A DNA stretch of 20,000 bases, taken from the IMG/VR virus record IMGVR_UViG_3300047499_000163. The stretch is one strand, 5' to 3'. Source of the DNA: an uncultured virus (IMG/VR IMGVR_UViG_3300047499_000163). Its lineage: Duplodnaviria > Heunggongvirae > Uroviricota > Caudoviricetes. This document shows positions 8,344 to 15,722 of this stretch, one piece after another (within the stretch, counting starts at the first letter, position 1; every line of letters starts with the position of its first letter). The translations under genes and the position numbers were made by a program. Under the pieces are notes generated by a model. It ran no database searches, had not been told where the DNA came from, and saw only the letters and a list, made by a program, of their open reading frames with translations.

Positions 8344-8363
8344 GCACCACCTCCGCCCGCTGA

Positions 8364-8388
8364 TACGCGCGGAGGCGCCCGATCTGCT
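8364..8388 (-). promoter_or_regulatory. promoter-like motif AGCAGAT-N15-GTA
   Basis: Near-consensus; GGAGG at +12. Confidence 0.75.
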
Positions 8389-8650
8389 ACTTGCTTCGGA
8401 TGATGATGCTCGAGTGCCGGCGCCTCGTGGAGGAGGCTCTCGTCAGCAGCTCGCATACCTTCATCGAGAGCCTGGCCAGAACCGCGAGCTGGTCGGCAGT
8501 CATCCTCTCGACAGTCGTGTTTGCGATGTCCTCGAACTCGTCGTCCGGAAGAAGACCGAGCTTACGGGCGGTCTTGAGAGTACCGAGCGCAGCCTCGCGC
8601 AAAGCGGCATTTTCGACCGCGTCTCTCGGAACTATCGCTAGGCGTTGCAT
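8387..8650 (-). CDS. hypothetical helical protein
   Basis: GGGGAGG SD; 87 aa. Confidence 0.75.
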   Translation of the reverse strand: MQRLAIVPRDAVENAALREAALGTLKTARKLGLLPDDEFEDIANTTVERMTADQLAVLARLSMKVCELLTRASSTRRRHSSIIIRSK

Positions 8651-8678
8651 GTCCCTCCCCGGACCGCCCGCGCGGTCC

Positions 8679-8846
8679 TCAGTCGTAATCGCCGTCGTCG
8701 TCGAGAATGATCACACTTCCGTCGTTGCGCACCACCGCTGCGGAGTCGTCCGGGTCTATGTCCAGTCGGAACTGCCGCTGGGTGTCCTCACAGGACGGCG
8801 GCGGCAAGGTGTCCGCAGAACGGGTATTCGGCTCGGGATACATCAT
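8679..8846 (-). CDS. small acidic hypothetical protein
   Basis: MMYPEPNTRS...IILDDDGDYD; GGAAAGG upstream. Confidence 0.55.
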   Translation of the reverse strand: MMYPEPNTRSADTLPPPSCEDTQRQFRLDIDPDDSAAVVRNDGSVIILDDDGDYD

Positions 8847-8899
8847 AGCCTTTCCGATTTTACAGGCATAAGGCGGCGAACGCACGAAGAAGTTACAGC

Positions 8900-8924
8900 C
8901 GAAGGTGAGTCTGGCCCTTTTGTA
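8900..8924 (+). promoter_or_regulatory. promoter-like motif CGAAGGT-N15-GTA
   Basis: Plus-strand copy directly upstream of an isolated plus-strand gene. Confidence 0.5.
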
Positions 8925-8960
8925 GCGCTCGTTGTGCCTGGCAAGGCGTGGGGAGACACC

Positions 8961-9152
8961 GTGAATCTGGTCGCGCATGACTGGCACCAGGTGCCCGCCG
9001 CGTTCAATAAGTGGCAGTGCTCCAAGTGCGGGTGCGCGGTCGCATCTGGCTGCAGACCTCCGGCTTTCCACGAGGTCCTCACTTTCCAGGATGGTCAAGA
9101 GTTCCTAGGAAACTGCGCCGAGATTCAGGTCTGGCAAGTGATGCTGGCCTGA
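8961..9152 (+). CDS. small Zn-ribbon protein, HxW/CxxC/C class, VMLA tag
   Basis: GGGAG SD; HDW...WQCSKCG...NCAEIQVWQVMLA*. Confidence 0.85.
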   Translation: MNLVAHDWHQVPAAFNKWQCSKCGCAVASGCRPPAFHEVLTFQDGQEFLGNCAEIQVWQVMLA

Positions 9153-9199
9153 AATACACGAAAGCCCGCCGGCCTTGTTCAGGACACGGCGGGCTCGTG
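9153..9199 (-). terminator. intrinsic terminator hairpin between convergent genes
   Basis: AGCCCGCCG...CGGCGGGCT stem followed on the minus strand by TTCGTGTATTT. Confidence 0.7.
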
Positions 9200-9202
9200 A
9201 AT

Positions 9203-9301
9203 TCAGTGCTTCTTGACGGCCGGCTTCTTCGCGGCGACCTTGCCCGCCTTCTTGGTGGTCTTGGTCTTCGCAGCCGGTGCCTTCTTGCTCTTCGTTGCCA
9301 T
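9203..9301 (-). CDS. 32-aa Lys/Ala-rich, histone H1-like basic peptide
   Basis: MATKSKKAPAAKTKTTKKAGKVAAKKPAVKKH; AAGGAG SD; terminator downstream. Confidence 0.8.
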   Translation of the reverse strand: MATKSKKAPAAKTKTTKKAGKVAAKKPAVKKH

Positions 9302-9350
9302 GGTGTTCTCCTTCGTGCGAGCTGCACGTGAGCACACTCTACTGAGTGAA

Positions 9351-9594
9351 TCACTCAGCGGAGAGCAGAGACACCACGGCTTCGAGGTGCGAGACCTCGC
9401 GACGAATCTCGAGCATGCCCCAAGGAACGGCGCAAACGGTGACTTCCATGAGGGAGCCCCACACGTCGAAGACCTCGGCGGCAGAGCCTCCGTGCTCGCG
9501 CACGTCATCTCTCAAGAAGTCAACCGCCTGCTCCAGAGCCTCTGGAGAGCGGATCTTACGGAAGGTAAAGACGGTTCGCCATGTGGCGCCTCAC
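9351..9594 (-). CDS. hypothetical protein; start disrupted by an apparent indel
   Basis: Open frame GATWRTVFTFRKIRSPEALEQAVDFLRDD...VVSLLSAE*; GTGA overlap is out of frame. Confidence 0.5.
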
Positions 9595-9770
9595 GACTCC
9601 ATGATTTCTTTGACGATACGCAGGTCGCACTCGCCGACCTGAGGTTTGTGCTTGGAGCTACACTCTTCACCGCAACGAGTGCAACGCCACAGAGGCGCTC
9701 CGAAGGCCACGGCGATGGCTTGCCCGAGGGTCAGCGGCTTCTTGGCGAGCCTCTCCCACTGATGCTTCAC
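9591..9770 (-). CDS. small Zn-ribbon protein, HxW/CxxC/C class, IMES tag
   Basis: MKHQW...WRCTRCG...ECDLRIVKEIMES*. Confidence 0.85.
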   Translation of the reverse strand: MKHQWERLAKKPLTLGQAIAVAFGAPLWRCTRCGEECSSKHKPQVGECDLRIVKEIMES

Positions 9771-9972
9771 AGCTCGCGCGAAGCCTACACCTCGGCCACG
9801 GGCTCGTCGTGCTCGTTCGGCCCGTATCCTCTGGACTCCATTCTGGCCGACAACGTGACCTGATGGGCTTGCCTTTGCCTTTGCCGTGGCGCTTCTCGAT
9901 CCACTCGGTGACGGCTTCTTTGACGTCGTCATCCGAGAGGTCGAAGGTCTGCGTCGACTTGCTCTTGCTCAT
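9767..9972 (-). CDS. hypothetical protein; 1-bp deletion near 9866; stop at 9785 or 9767
   Basis: MSKSKSTQTFDLSDDDVKEAVTEWIEKRHG...KP joined to HQVTLSARMESRGYGPNEHDEPVAEV*. Confidence 0.55.
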
Positions 9973-10388
9973 GACTCCATCACGTCCATGGCGATCTGCT
10001 CGCCGCAGTTGGGGTTGAGGTTCACCTTGGCGCACGCCTGGGCGAGGGTCTCGCTTCGCTGGACGTTGACCTGCCTCAGGCAGCTCTCGCAGCGCCACAC
10101 GTAGTAGTCGTCCTCGTAGATGGCGTCCTGGATGGTCTTCCACTTGTGGTTGCCGTAGTCGGGCTCCTCTTCCGGGAGGGTTTTGGCGTCGTCCGACTCG
10201 GCCATCTGGTCAAGCATGGCATCGAACGGGCTCTTCTCGACCAGCGCGCCGCCGTGCCCGATGAGATGGGCGTACGGGTCCGGAGGGCCAGCGGGGGCCT
10301 CGGGCGCGGCCTCCTTCGCGGCCTCGGGCGCGGCCTCGGGCTGTGGCGCCTTGTCGAGGCTCTCCAGGAACTTGTCGAAATCGCTCAC
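9969..10388 (-). CDS. acidic/Pro-Ala disordered N-terminus plus HxW/CxxC/C Zn ribbon with VMES tag
   Basis: NHKW...WRCESC...NCGEQIAMDVMES*; GGAGG SD. Confidence 0.88.
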   Translation of the reverse strand: MSDFDKFLESLDKAPQPEAAPEAAKEAAPEAPAGPPDPYAHLIGHGGALVEKSPFDAMLDQMAESDDAKTLPEEEPDYGNHKWKTIQDAIYEDDYYVWRCESCLRQVNVQRSETLAQACAKVNLNPNCGEQIAMDVMES

Positions 10389-10408
10389 GGGCCACCTCCG
10401 ATCGCCGA

Positions 10409-10433
10409 TACGCGGGCGACGCCATAGCTTACG
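10409..10433 (-). promoter_or_regulatory. promoter-like motif CGTAAGC-N15-GTA
   Basis: Good GTA box with GGAGG at +12; upstream box only partial. Confidence 0.55.
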
Positions 10434-10483
10434 CTGGCGACGCCGGCGTGGCAGCAGTTACGTTCTCGATGGTAAGTTCAAGA

Positions 10484-10690
10484 GTGATCGTCCAATGCAC
10501 TGCCGCAGGATGCGGCCGGCAAGAACCCTTACGCCAGGGGGCTTACGGTATGCCATTTCTTCCTCGAGGATGGCTGAGACTCTTCCGACATACCACCCAG
10601 GGAATCGAGGGAATAGTATGCCAGGTCTGCGCCGCGAGGATGATCGCGCGCGAGGACGCCTGGATGGAACGCCACAGACCTAGCCGTTGA
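10484..10690 (+). CDS. small Zn-ribbon protein (CxxxxC...CxxC)
   Basis: MIVQCTAAGCGR...PRGW...VCQVCAAR; GTG 12 nt after a GTA. Confidence 0.65.
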   Translation: MIVQCTAAGCGRQEPLRQGAYGMPFLPRGWLRLFRHTTQGIEGIVCQVCAARMIAREDAWMERHRPSR

Positions 10691-11642
10691 CCCTATCCCA
10701 GGGCTCGACGTACGGGATGCCGAGCACCTTGTACAGGTCGTGCTCGTCGGCACCTCCAAGCCGGGCTGTGGCCTTGCCGTCATCCACGCGCCAGATGCCG
10801 TACTCGTTGATGAGCATGCCCTTCGAGATCGCCATCTTGCGAAGCTCGATGTTGTGGGCCGTGCTGCCCGTGGCGTAGTTGAGTGCTGACCCGTACGACT
10901 CGGGCGGCACCAGCCACAGGTCCACCTGCATCGTACGACCCTGGTACGTGAAGCGAATCGAGCCCCGATTCTCGCCACGCGAGATCTTGGTGCCGATCTT
11001 CACGAACTCGTCGAGGAGAATGTCGCGGTCCTTCTCGTCAGCGCAGCACCCGACAATATCCACGTCCTTCGAGTCCACCGCGCGCCTGCGGATGCTGCCA
11101 CAGACCTCGAAGCGGAAGGAATCCACGTTGTTCTTGATCGCCTCGCTTCTGGCGATGATGAGATTCAGCTCTTCGACGACGTACTGCGCGAGGGCCTTCG
11201 CCTCGGCGTGCGGCACGCGGGCTTTCTTCACGGCGAAGAGCACCGCGTCGCGCCGCTTGTCGTCGAGCTTGCCTTCCTGCGCCGCCTTCACCAGCTCGTC
11301 GAAATTGTGGATACCTTCGGCGTGGAACTTGAGGGCGGTCTTCGGACCGATACCATCCACCTTGGTCATGGACAGGGCCTCGATGGGCACGTTTGCCGAC
11401 AGACCCTGCAAGCGCTTCGAAGTACCGGTCTCGAGGAAATCCCGGATAACCTCGGCGACAGACTCTCCGATCCCGGAGATTGCCCGCGGGTCGGTGTATC
11501 GGATGCCGCGGGATTCGAGCACGAGAGCCTCAGCGGCCTCCTCGAATGCCTTGATCTTGAAGCGATTGGGCTTGGCCTCGAGAGCCATAGCCATGCTGAT
11601 TGCCTGACGAAGGGCGCCGTACTTGTTGCTCATCATCATCAT
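10680..11642 (-). CDS. polX: family X DNA polymerase (Pol beta-like) without PHP domain
   Basis: HhH motifs ISGIGESVA and VDGIGPKTA; GSIRR...KDVD; VDL; ATGSTAHNIELR; INEYGIW; LGIPYVEP. Confidence 0.95.
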   Translation of the reverse strand: MMMMSNKYGALRQAISMAMALEAKPNRFKIKAFEEAAEALVLESRGIRYTDPRAISGIGESVAEVIRDFLETGTSKRLQGLSANVPIEALSMTKVDGIGPKTALKFHAEGIHNFDELVKAAQEGKLDDKRRDAVLFAVKKARVPHAEAKALAQYVVEELNLIIARSEAIKNNVDSFRFEVCGSIRRRAVDSKDVDIVGCCADEKDRDILLDEFVKIGTKISRGENRGSIRFTYQGRTMQVDLWLVPPESYGSALNYATGSTAHNIELRKMAISKGMLINEYGIWRVDDGKATARLGGADEHDLYKVLGIPYVEPWDRVNG

Positions 11643-11839
11643 CGCCGCCACCTCCACCAGCCGGTACGCCAGTGGAGGCAGCACTTCTTGGCGCGGTAGT
11701 GGATCTGGCTGAGCAGGGACTCGTTCGAGTGGCGGTACTTGTCCTCCGAGTCGGTGTGAACGCCAAGCTCTTTGGCGATGAGTTCCATCAGGGCGCGCTC
11801 CTGCGCCTGCTCGGGCGAGAGCTTCTTGGGCTTGGCCAT
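11639..11839 (-). CDS. hypothetical protein, 3' end uncertain
   Basis: MAKPKKLSPEQAQERALMELIAKELG...; AAGGAG SD; TGATG overlap. Confidence 0.65.
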   Translation of the reverse strand: MAKPKKLSPEQAQERALMELIAKELGVHTDSEDKYRHSNESLLSQIHYRAKKCCLHWRTGWWRWRR

Positions 11840-12083
11840 CAGGTGATCTCCTTGATGGTCTTGCTGTCCTTGTGGAACGTGACGGCGCGGCGGACGTATT
11901 TGCCCTTGACCAGCTCCATCACGTTCCAGTCGACCACCACGTCTTCGGTGGTGCTGGCGGTCCGCATGGGAACCGCGGCGAGGGCACGCCCCACGGCGGT
12001 CAGGTCTTCGCACGGGACGGCCTCGACGGCCTCCGCGTCCACGAGATCCGTGCGCCAGTGATGGTGATGACCAGGTACTTCAC
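11839..12083 (-). CDS. hypothetical protein, paralog of 12922-13194; 1-bp deletion near 12053
   Basis: MKYLVITITG joined to TDLVDAEAVEAVPCEDLTAVGRAL...WNVMEL...VRRAVTFHKDSKTIKEIT. Confidence 0.75.
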
Positions 12084-12445
12084 GATGCGGTCTCCTTCTT
12101 GCGGCAGAACAGCCGCACGAGCATGCCCGGTCCGGCGTTGCGGCCCGAGTAGGTCTTGCCGTTGTAGGTCGCGCGCCACGAGAACATCTCGACGCGAGAG
12201 TGCCCGAAGACCCAGCGCTTGTACGAAGAGACGAGCTTCACCGGGGCAATCACCTTGCCCTCGAAGTTCGTCAGGTCGTACCGGCCGTCCTCGCGGCGGG
12301 TGATGTAGCAGGCGATGTAGCCCTGCGCCTCGTCGATGACCGCCCCGAGGTTTGTGAACTCCCGGCCCTCGTGGATGAGGGTGGCCACTTCGACGTCGGC
12401 GCCGTTGGACGATTTCTGATGCTCCACTCGGAACTGCAGGGCCAT
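12080..12445 (-). CDS. hypothetical beta-rich phage-type protein
   Basis: GGAGG SD; 121 aa. Confidence 0.85.
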   Translation of the reverse strand: MALQFRVEHQKSSNGADVEVATLIHEGREFTNLGAVIDEAQGYIACYITRREDGRYDLTNFEGKVIAPVKLVSSYKRWVFGHSRVEMFSWRATYNGKTYSGRNAGPGMLVRLFCRKKETAS

Positions 12446-12466
12446 GGGGCCACCTCCGCCGATCGG

Positions 12467-12491
12467 TACGCGCGGCCGCAACCGACTCCCG
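12467..12491 (-). promoter_or_regulatory. promoter-like motif CGGGAGT-N15-GTA
   Basis: GCGCGTACCGATCGGCGGA identical to the 7348 copy; upstream box divergent. Confidence 0.65.
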
Positions 12492-12502
12492 GCTCGACTG
12501 GG

Positions 12503-12925
12503 CTAGTGCCTATTATCAGGCCGCCGGGTGATTCTCCAGTAGATGAGGCTGCCCGGGGTGCCTATTGGACCAATGCGCTTCGAAGCGCAGGTGCAGGAAC
12601 CGGGGCACCGTGAACAGCAAGGGTTCAGATTTTCGAAATCATGGCCCTTAGCGTTGTCAATGCGGTCAAGGCCTATCAGGACAGAACCATCTCCACAATA
12701 TTTACACGGCTGCAGAATGAGTTCTATGACCTGGTCCCTTGTTAGGATCGGTTTACCAAGACCGTTTCTCCGGTCTTGGGCGCGAGCGCCATACCAAACA
12801 ACTTGGTCCCGAGTCCTCCGGGCTTTTGACCGGTGCTTCGGTTTCCAAGTGCCAGCTATCCGTTTCCGTTTCTTGCCGGCAGCGAACTCGGGACCAACCC
12901 AGCCCTTCCGGTTCTTGACCCTCAC
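12503..12925 (-). pseudogene. HNH-type endonuclease truncated after CCSRC and joined to the 3' remnant of a paralog of 13446-13622
   Basis: QPCKYCG...GLDRIDNAKGH..EN..PCCSRC, then (shifted) RFLHLRFEAHWSNRH/SLIYWRITRRPDNRH*. Confidence 0.7.
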
Positions 12926-13194
12926 TCGATGCTTCGGATGGACTGTCCGTCCTTCTCGAAGACGACAGCGCGGCGCACAGTCGTCTTGCCGGTGGGCTTG
13001 TCGAGAACCTCGAAGACGGCCCATTCGGCGCCCTTCTTCTCCGACTTCTTGAGGGCCATGGCCACGTCGACGAAGTCCTTGCAGAGGACGACGTCCACGC
13101 GATCGGTCACTTCGAGTTCCTCGGGCTCGATGCCCTCGCAGACACCGGCGTCCGGATCTTCGACCTTCTTGACGCTGACGACGATGAAGTTCAT
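12922..13194 (-). CDS. hypothetical protein, paralog of 11839-12083
   Basis: VDVVLCKDFVDVAMAL...WAVFEV...VRRAVVFEKDGQSIRSIE. Confidence 0.85.
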   Translation of the reverse strand: MNFIVVSVKKVEDPDAGVCEGIEPEELEVTDRVDVVLCKDFVDVAMALKKSEKKGAEWAVFEVLDKPTGKTTVRRAVVFEKDGQSIRSIE

Positions 13195-13386
13195 CTAGGC
13201 CACCTTGTCCTTTGCCGGAGCCCACGGGGCGGGCGCCGTCGTGCGGCACACCTCCGTGCCGCGTTCGTCGTCCAGCTCCATCACGTCGACGACGATGAGG
13301 TTGGTCTTGCGGTTGACGAACAGGACGACCTCGCGGCCGTCTTCCAGCTTCGTCCGGAACCGCCGGATGCCCTTGATACCAGCCAT
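13195..13386 (-). CDS. hypothetical protein
   Basis: MAGIKGIRRFRTKLEDGREVVLFVNRKTNLIVVDV...; GGAGG SD. Confidence 0.8.
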   Translation of the reverse strand: MAGIKGIRRFRTKLEDGREVVLFVNRKTNLIVVDVMELDDERGTEVCRTTAPAPWAPAKDKVA

Positions 13387-13408
13387 GAATTCCACCTCCA
13401 CCTGCCGG

Positions 13409-13433
13409 TACGCGCCGCGTGCTCGGGTCTGCG
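13409..13433 (-). promoter_or_regulatory. promoter-like motif CGCAGAC-N15-GTA
   Basis: Consensus copy; GGAGG at +12. Confidence 0.8.
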
Positions 13434-13445
13434 CCTCGTATTGGG

Positions 13446-13622
13446 CTAGTGGCGGTTGCGCCACGAGCGGGTGATCCGCCAGTAGACGAGGTTCGCCAAA
13501 TGGCGCTGACTCCACGAGGATTCGAAGTGCAGCTTGAGGTACCGGGCGAGCTTCTCCAGATACGCACGTTTGGACCTAATCAGGTCGCCGCGCCTCAAAG
13601 CCTCGGGAGCCAGAAAGCTCAT
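13446..13622 (-). CDS. small basic helical protein
   Basis: MSFLAPEALRRGDLIRSKRAYLEKLARYLKLHFESSWSQRHLANLVYWRITRSWRNRH; ATGA overlap. Confidence 0.8.
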   Translation of the reverse strand: MSFLAPEALRRGDLIRSKRAYLEKLARYLKLHFESSWSQRHLANLVYWRITRSWRNRH

Positions 13623-14209
13623 GACAGCATCACTGTCGCAACAGCAATCAGGTCCTCCAGCTCTTGCTTGGAAGGGAAGGGCCTGTCGACCGTGAACATA
13701 TTGTCCACTATGACGGCGAGATGCCGGACGTACTCGCTGCAACCGAGGGCCTTCTGGCAGATATCCGCAAGCGAGTTGTGCGTCAGATGGCGGGCCTTGC
13801 GGTCCTGCTCCTTGATGTGGATGAGACCGCGCACGATGCCTTCCGGACCGAGTTCCTTGGCAAACTGACTCAGGCCGTCCGGGTATCCGATACGCCAGAT
13901 GGTCTCCTGTATGAGATCTTCCGGAATAGGCAGACCCCTTTGCTTGCAGACGTTGCGGTATTTCTTGGCGTTGGTGATGAGCGACCGAGAAGTCTTGCCT
14001 CCGAACTTGGGGTCGCTCATGCGCCGGTCGAGGTACGCCTGCAGCGCCTCCCTCGGGTCGCACACCTGGCACTTGCGCAGATGCTTGAGGACGGCTCCGT
14101 ACAGGATCTGGTTGTCGACGATGAAGCTCGACACCGGGCCGGTCTTCGTCTCTTTCGAGGTCCGACCGTCCTTCCGACCCTCCACGGTGATTTCGCAGTT
14201 CAGACCCAT
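13619..14209 (-). CDS. 196-aa hypothetical protein with HxxxCxxC and C-terminal VMLS tag
   Basis: KHLRKCQVC; ends LEDLIAVATVMLS*. Confidence 0.8.
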   Translation of the reverse strand: MGLNCEITVEGRKDGRTSKETKTGPVSSFIVDNQILYGAVLKHLRKCQVCDPREALQAYLDRRMSDPKFGGKTSRSLITNAKKYRNVCKQRGLPIPEDLIQETIWRIGYPDGLSQFAKELGPEGIVRGLIHIKEQDRKARHLTHNSLADICQKALGCSEYVRHLAVIVDNMFTVDRPFPSKQELEDLIAVATVMLS

Positions 14210-14472
14210 TCGACCCCTAGGCACGATAGCACATCGGCCAGCCAGGAGCCCTGCTTCTCGGGATCGTCGCCGAGCCCCATCCCGCCGAGCTTGTCGGCGT
14301 ACTCGTTCCAGACCCACTGGAGCTTGTCCCACAGCTCGTCGCGGGTCAGCGAGTCGTTGCCCATGATGGGGTCGTTGCCGAACGTGAACTTGTCGATACC
14401 CTGAGCGTCCCAGGCTTGGTCGAACTGTTCTCGCGTCGGCATTTCACCGTATGTCATCGTAAACAGGGCCAC
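14200..14472 (-). CDS. hypothetical protein
   Basis: GGAGG SD; MTYGEMP...SWLADVLSCLGVEWV. Confidence 0.85.
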   Translation of the reverse strand: MALFTMTYGEMPTREQFDQAWDAQGIDKFTFGNDPIMGNDSLTRDELWDKLQWVWNEYADKLGGMGLGDDPEKQGSWLADVLSCLGVEWV

Positions 14473-14492
14473 CGCGCACCTCCACGCGCCCG

Positions 14493-14517
14493 TACGCGTG
14501 CGCGTACTCGATCGACG
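14493..14517 (-). promoter_or_regulatory. promoter-like motif CGTCGAT-N15-GTA
   Basis: Same spacing; GGAGG at +12. Confidence 0.7.
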
Positions 14518-14790
14518 CCCGGCACCAATGTCCTTCGGATCGCGCGGGCTCGGGCGCGTTTGTGAAGGTGGTTGTTTCTCTAAGAGAGAATTTCAAAATC
14601 CACAAAATTAATAAAGTGATGACTGAATGAAATACCTCATCGTCCGCAAAAATATTTGGCTGCATTTAGTGCATGACCAAAGATTTTTACTCTTTTCAAT
14701 CCAATTGTGACCAGGTTCTTCTTCCATATAGTTGATCCTACACAGGACGGAAGCCCGAGCAGCCGGCGCGTATCAGGAACCGCTGAACCA

Positions 14791-15297
14791 TCAAGTAATT
14801 TGTGCAAACGGTTTTCGAAGTTGAGGAATACCATTGGGTGTTTGATGATAGCTCCGTTCCTCAACTTTTTTGATCTGCTGGCAGTTTGCACATAACACCT
14901 GGAATCCAGATGGAAGATTGCGGTCAAGCCATTTATAGAAATTGACACCTTGTCCAATTTCTTTCCGGTGTCGGTTTCCTCCTCCATTAATATGATCTAT
15001 GGTCAAGGCCCTCATATCATCGAATCCACATACACACCGCGGATGGGGACCACCATAGTGCAAGAAAACTCGATATTTACATTCGTAATATCGTGCAAGA
15101 CATGCGGCGTTATGAGCTTCTCGATATGTATCTCGCTCGGTTGCGTAATGACCACGCTTCTCACGACGAGCTATCGTACGTCGTTCATTCCGGCAAAGCT
15201 TGCACTCATGAAACTTGCCGTCTCTAGTAAAGCTACTGTTGCCAAAATCATTGATGGTTTTGCGTTTATCACATCTGGTACAACGCTTCTTCGACAT
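14791..15297 (-). CDS. HNH homing-endonuclease-like protein with N-terminal Zn finger, in an AT-rich island
   Basis: KRCTRC...ECKLC; RCVCG...LTIDHINGGG..HR...FYKWL...GFQVLCANC. Confidence 0.88.
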   Translation of the reverse strand: MSKKRCTRCDKRKTINDFGNSSFTRDGKFHECKLCRNERRTIARREKRGHYATERDTYREAHNAACLARYYECKYRVFLHYGGPHPRCVCGFDDMRALTIDHINGGGNRHRKEIGQGVNFYKWLDRNLPSGFQVLCANCQQIKKVEERSYHQTPNGIPQLRKPFAQIT

Positions 15298-15338
15298 ATT
15301 CTGAGTCACCATAAAAAGATGATTCTCGGGAGAGAAAC

Positions 15339-15533
15339 GTGATCACCTGCGAACTGCATCTGATGATGGGGCCATTCCCCGACAGATGCGACAGTGAAGC
15401 TGAATACTTCTACCAAGTGGGTGGCAGTTATCCTGAATATCACGCCCGCTGCAAACGACACCCGATGAACATGGAGGTCTGGAAGCCGGTCTCCAAGGAG
15501 CAGTATGTCTTCGGCTCTGTCATGGATTCCTAA
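15339..15533 (+). CDS. small CCCH-type protein, VMDS tag
   Basis: C...CDSEAEYFY...ARCKRH...VSKEQYVFGSVMDS*. Confidence 0.85.
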   Translation: MITCELHLMMGPFPDRCDSEAEYFYQVGGSYPEYHARCKRHPMNMEVWKPVSKEQYVFGSVMDS

Positions 15534-15708
15534 ATGCGACTTCTGCGGGAACACCGCTTGTAAGTTTTACAAGGCCCACCGTCGAAACGCCTGGGAGCAG
15601 ACGAAATACTTCGCTTGCTGCAATCTCCATAAGAATCCGATCAGAGACGATTCCGAAGGAGAGGTTTCCATCGACGAGTATGTTATCGCAGGAATCCACG
15701 ACTCGTGA
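15505..15708 (+). CDS. small CCCH-type protein, IHDS tag (start uncertain)
   Basis: CDFCGNTACKFY...ACCNLH...VSIDEYVIAGIHDS*. Confidence 0.8.
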   Translation: MSSALSWIPKCDFCGNTACKFYKAHRRNAWEQTKYFACCNLHKNPIRDDSEGEVSIDEYVIAGIHDS

Positions 15709-15722
15709 AGATGGAAAGTTAG

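Noticed and set aside
7239..9787. In-frame TAG codons (7239-7241, 9785-9787) suggesting amber recoding (genetic code 15)
   Set aside because: TAG is clearly a true stop elsewhere (after IMES at 6955, PolX at 10680, NRH at 13446 and 12503, IMRS at 19902); indels or a real stop explain these two cases.
11665..11689. Promoter copy before polX
   Set aside because: The GTA box and GGAGG spacing fit, but the upstream box (AAGAAGT) does not match and the site lies inside a coding region; kept only as a weak candidate.
12503..13567. 354-aa ORF as a long HNH protein
   Set aside because: Its first ~210 codons are an off-frame read-through of two real genes; the HNH starts at the GTGA overlap at 12925.
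14444..14987. ORFs 14637-14987 and 14444-14665 in the AT-rich island
   Set aside because: They overlap the HNH or the downstream promoter and gene, and have no SD or recognisable motif.
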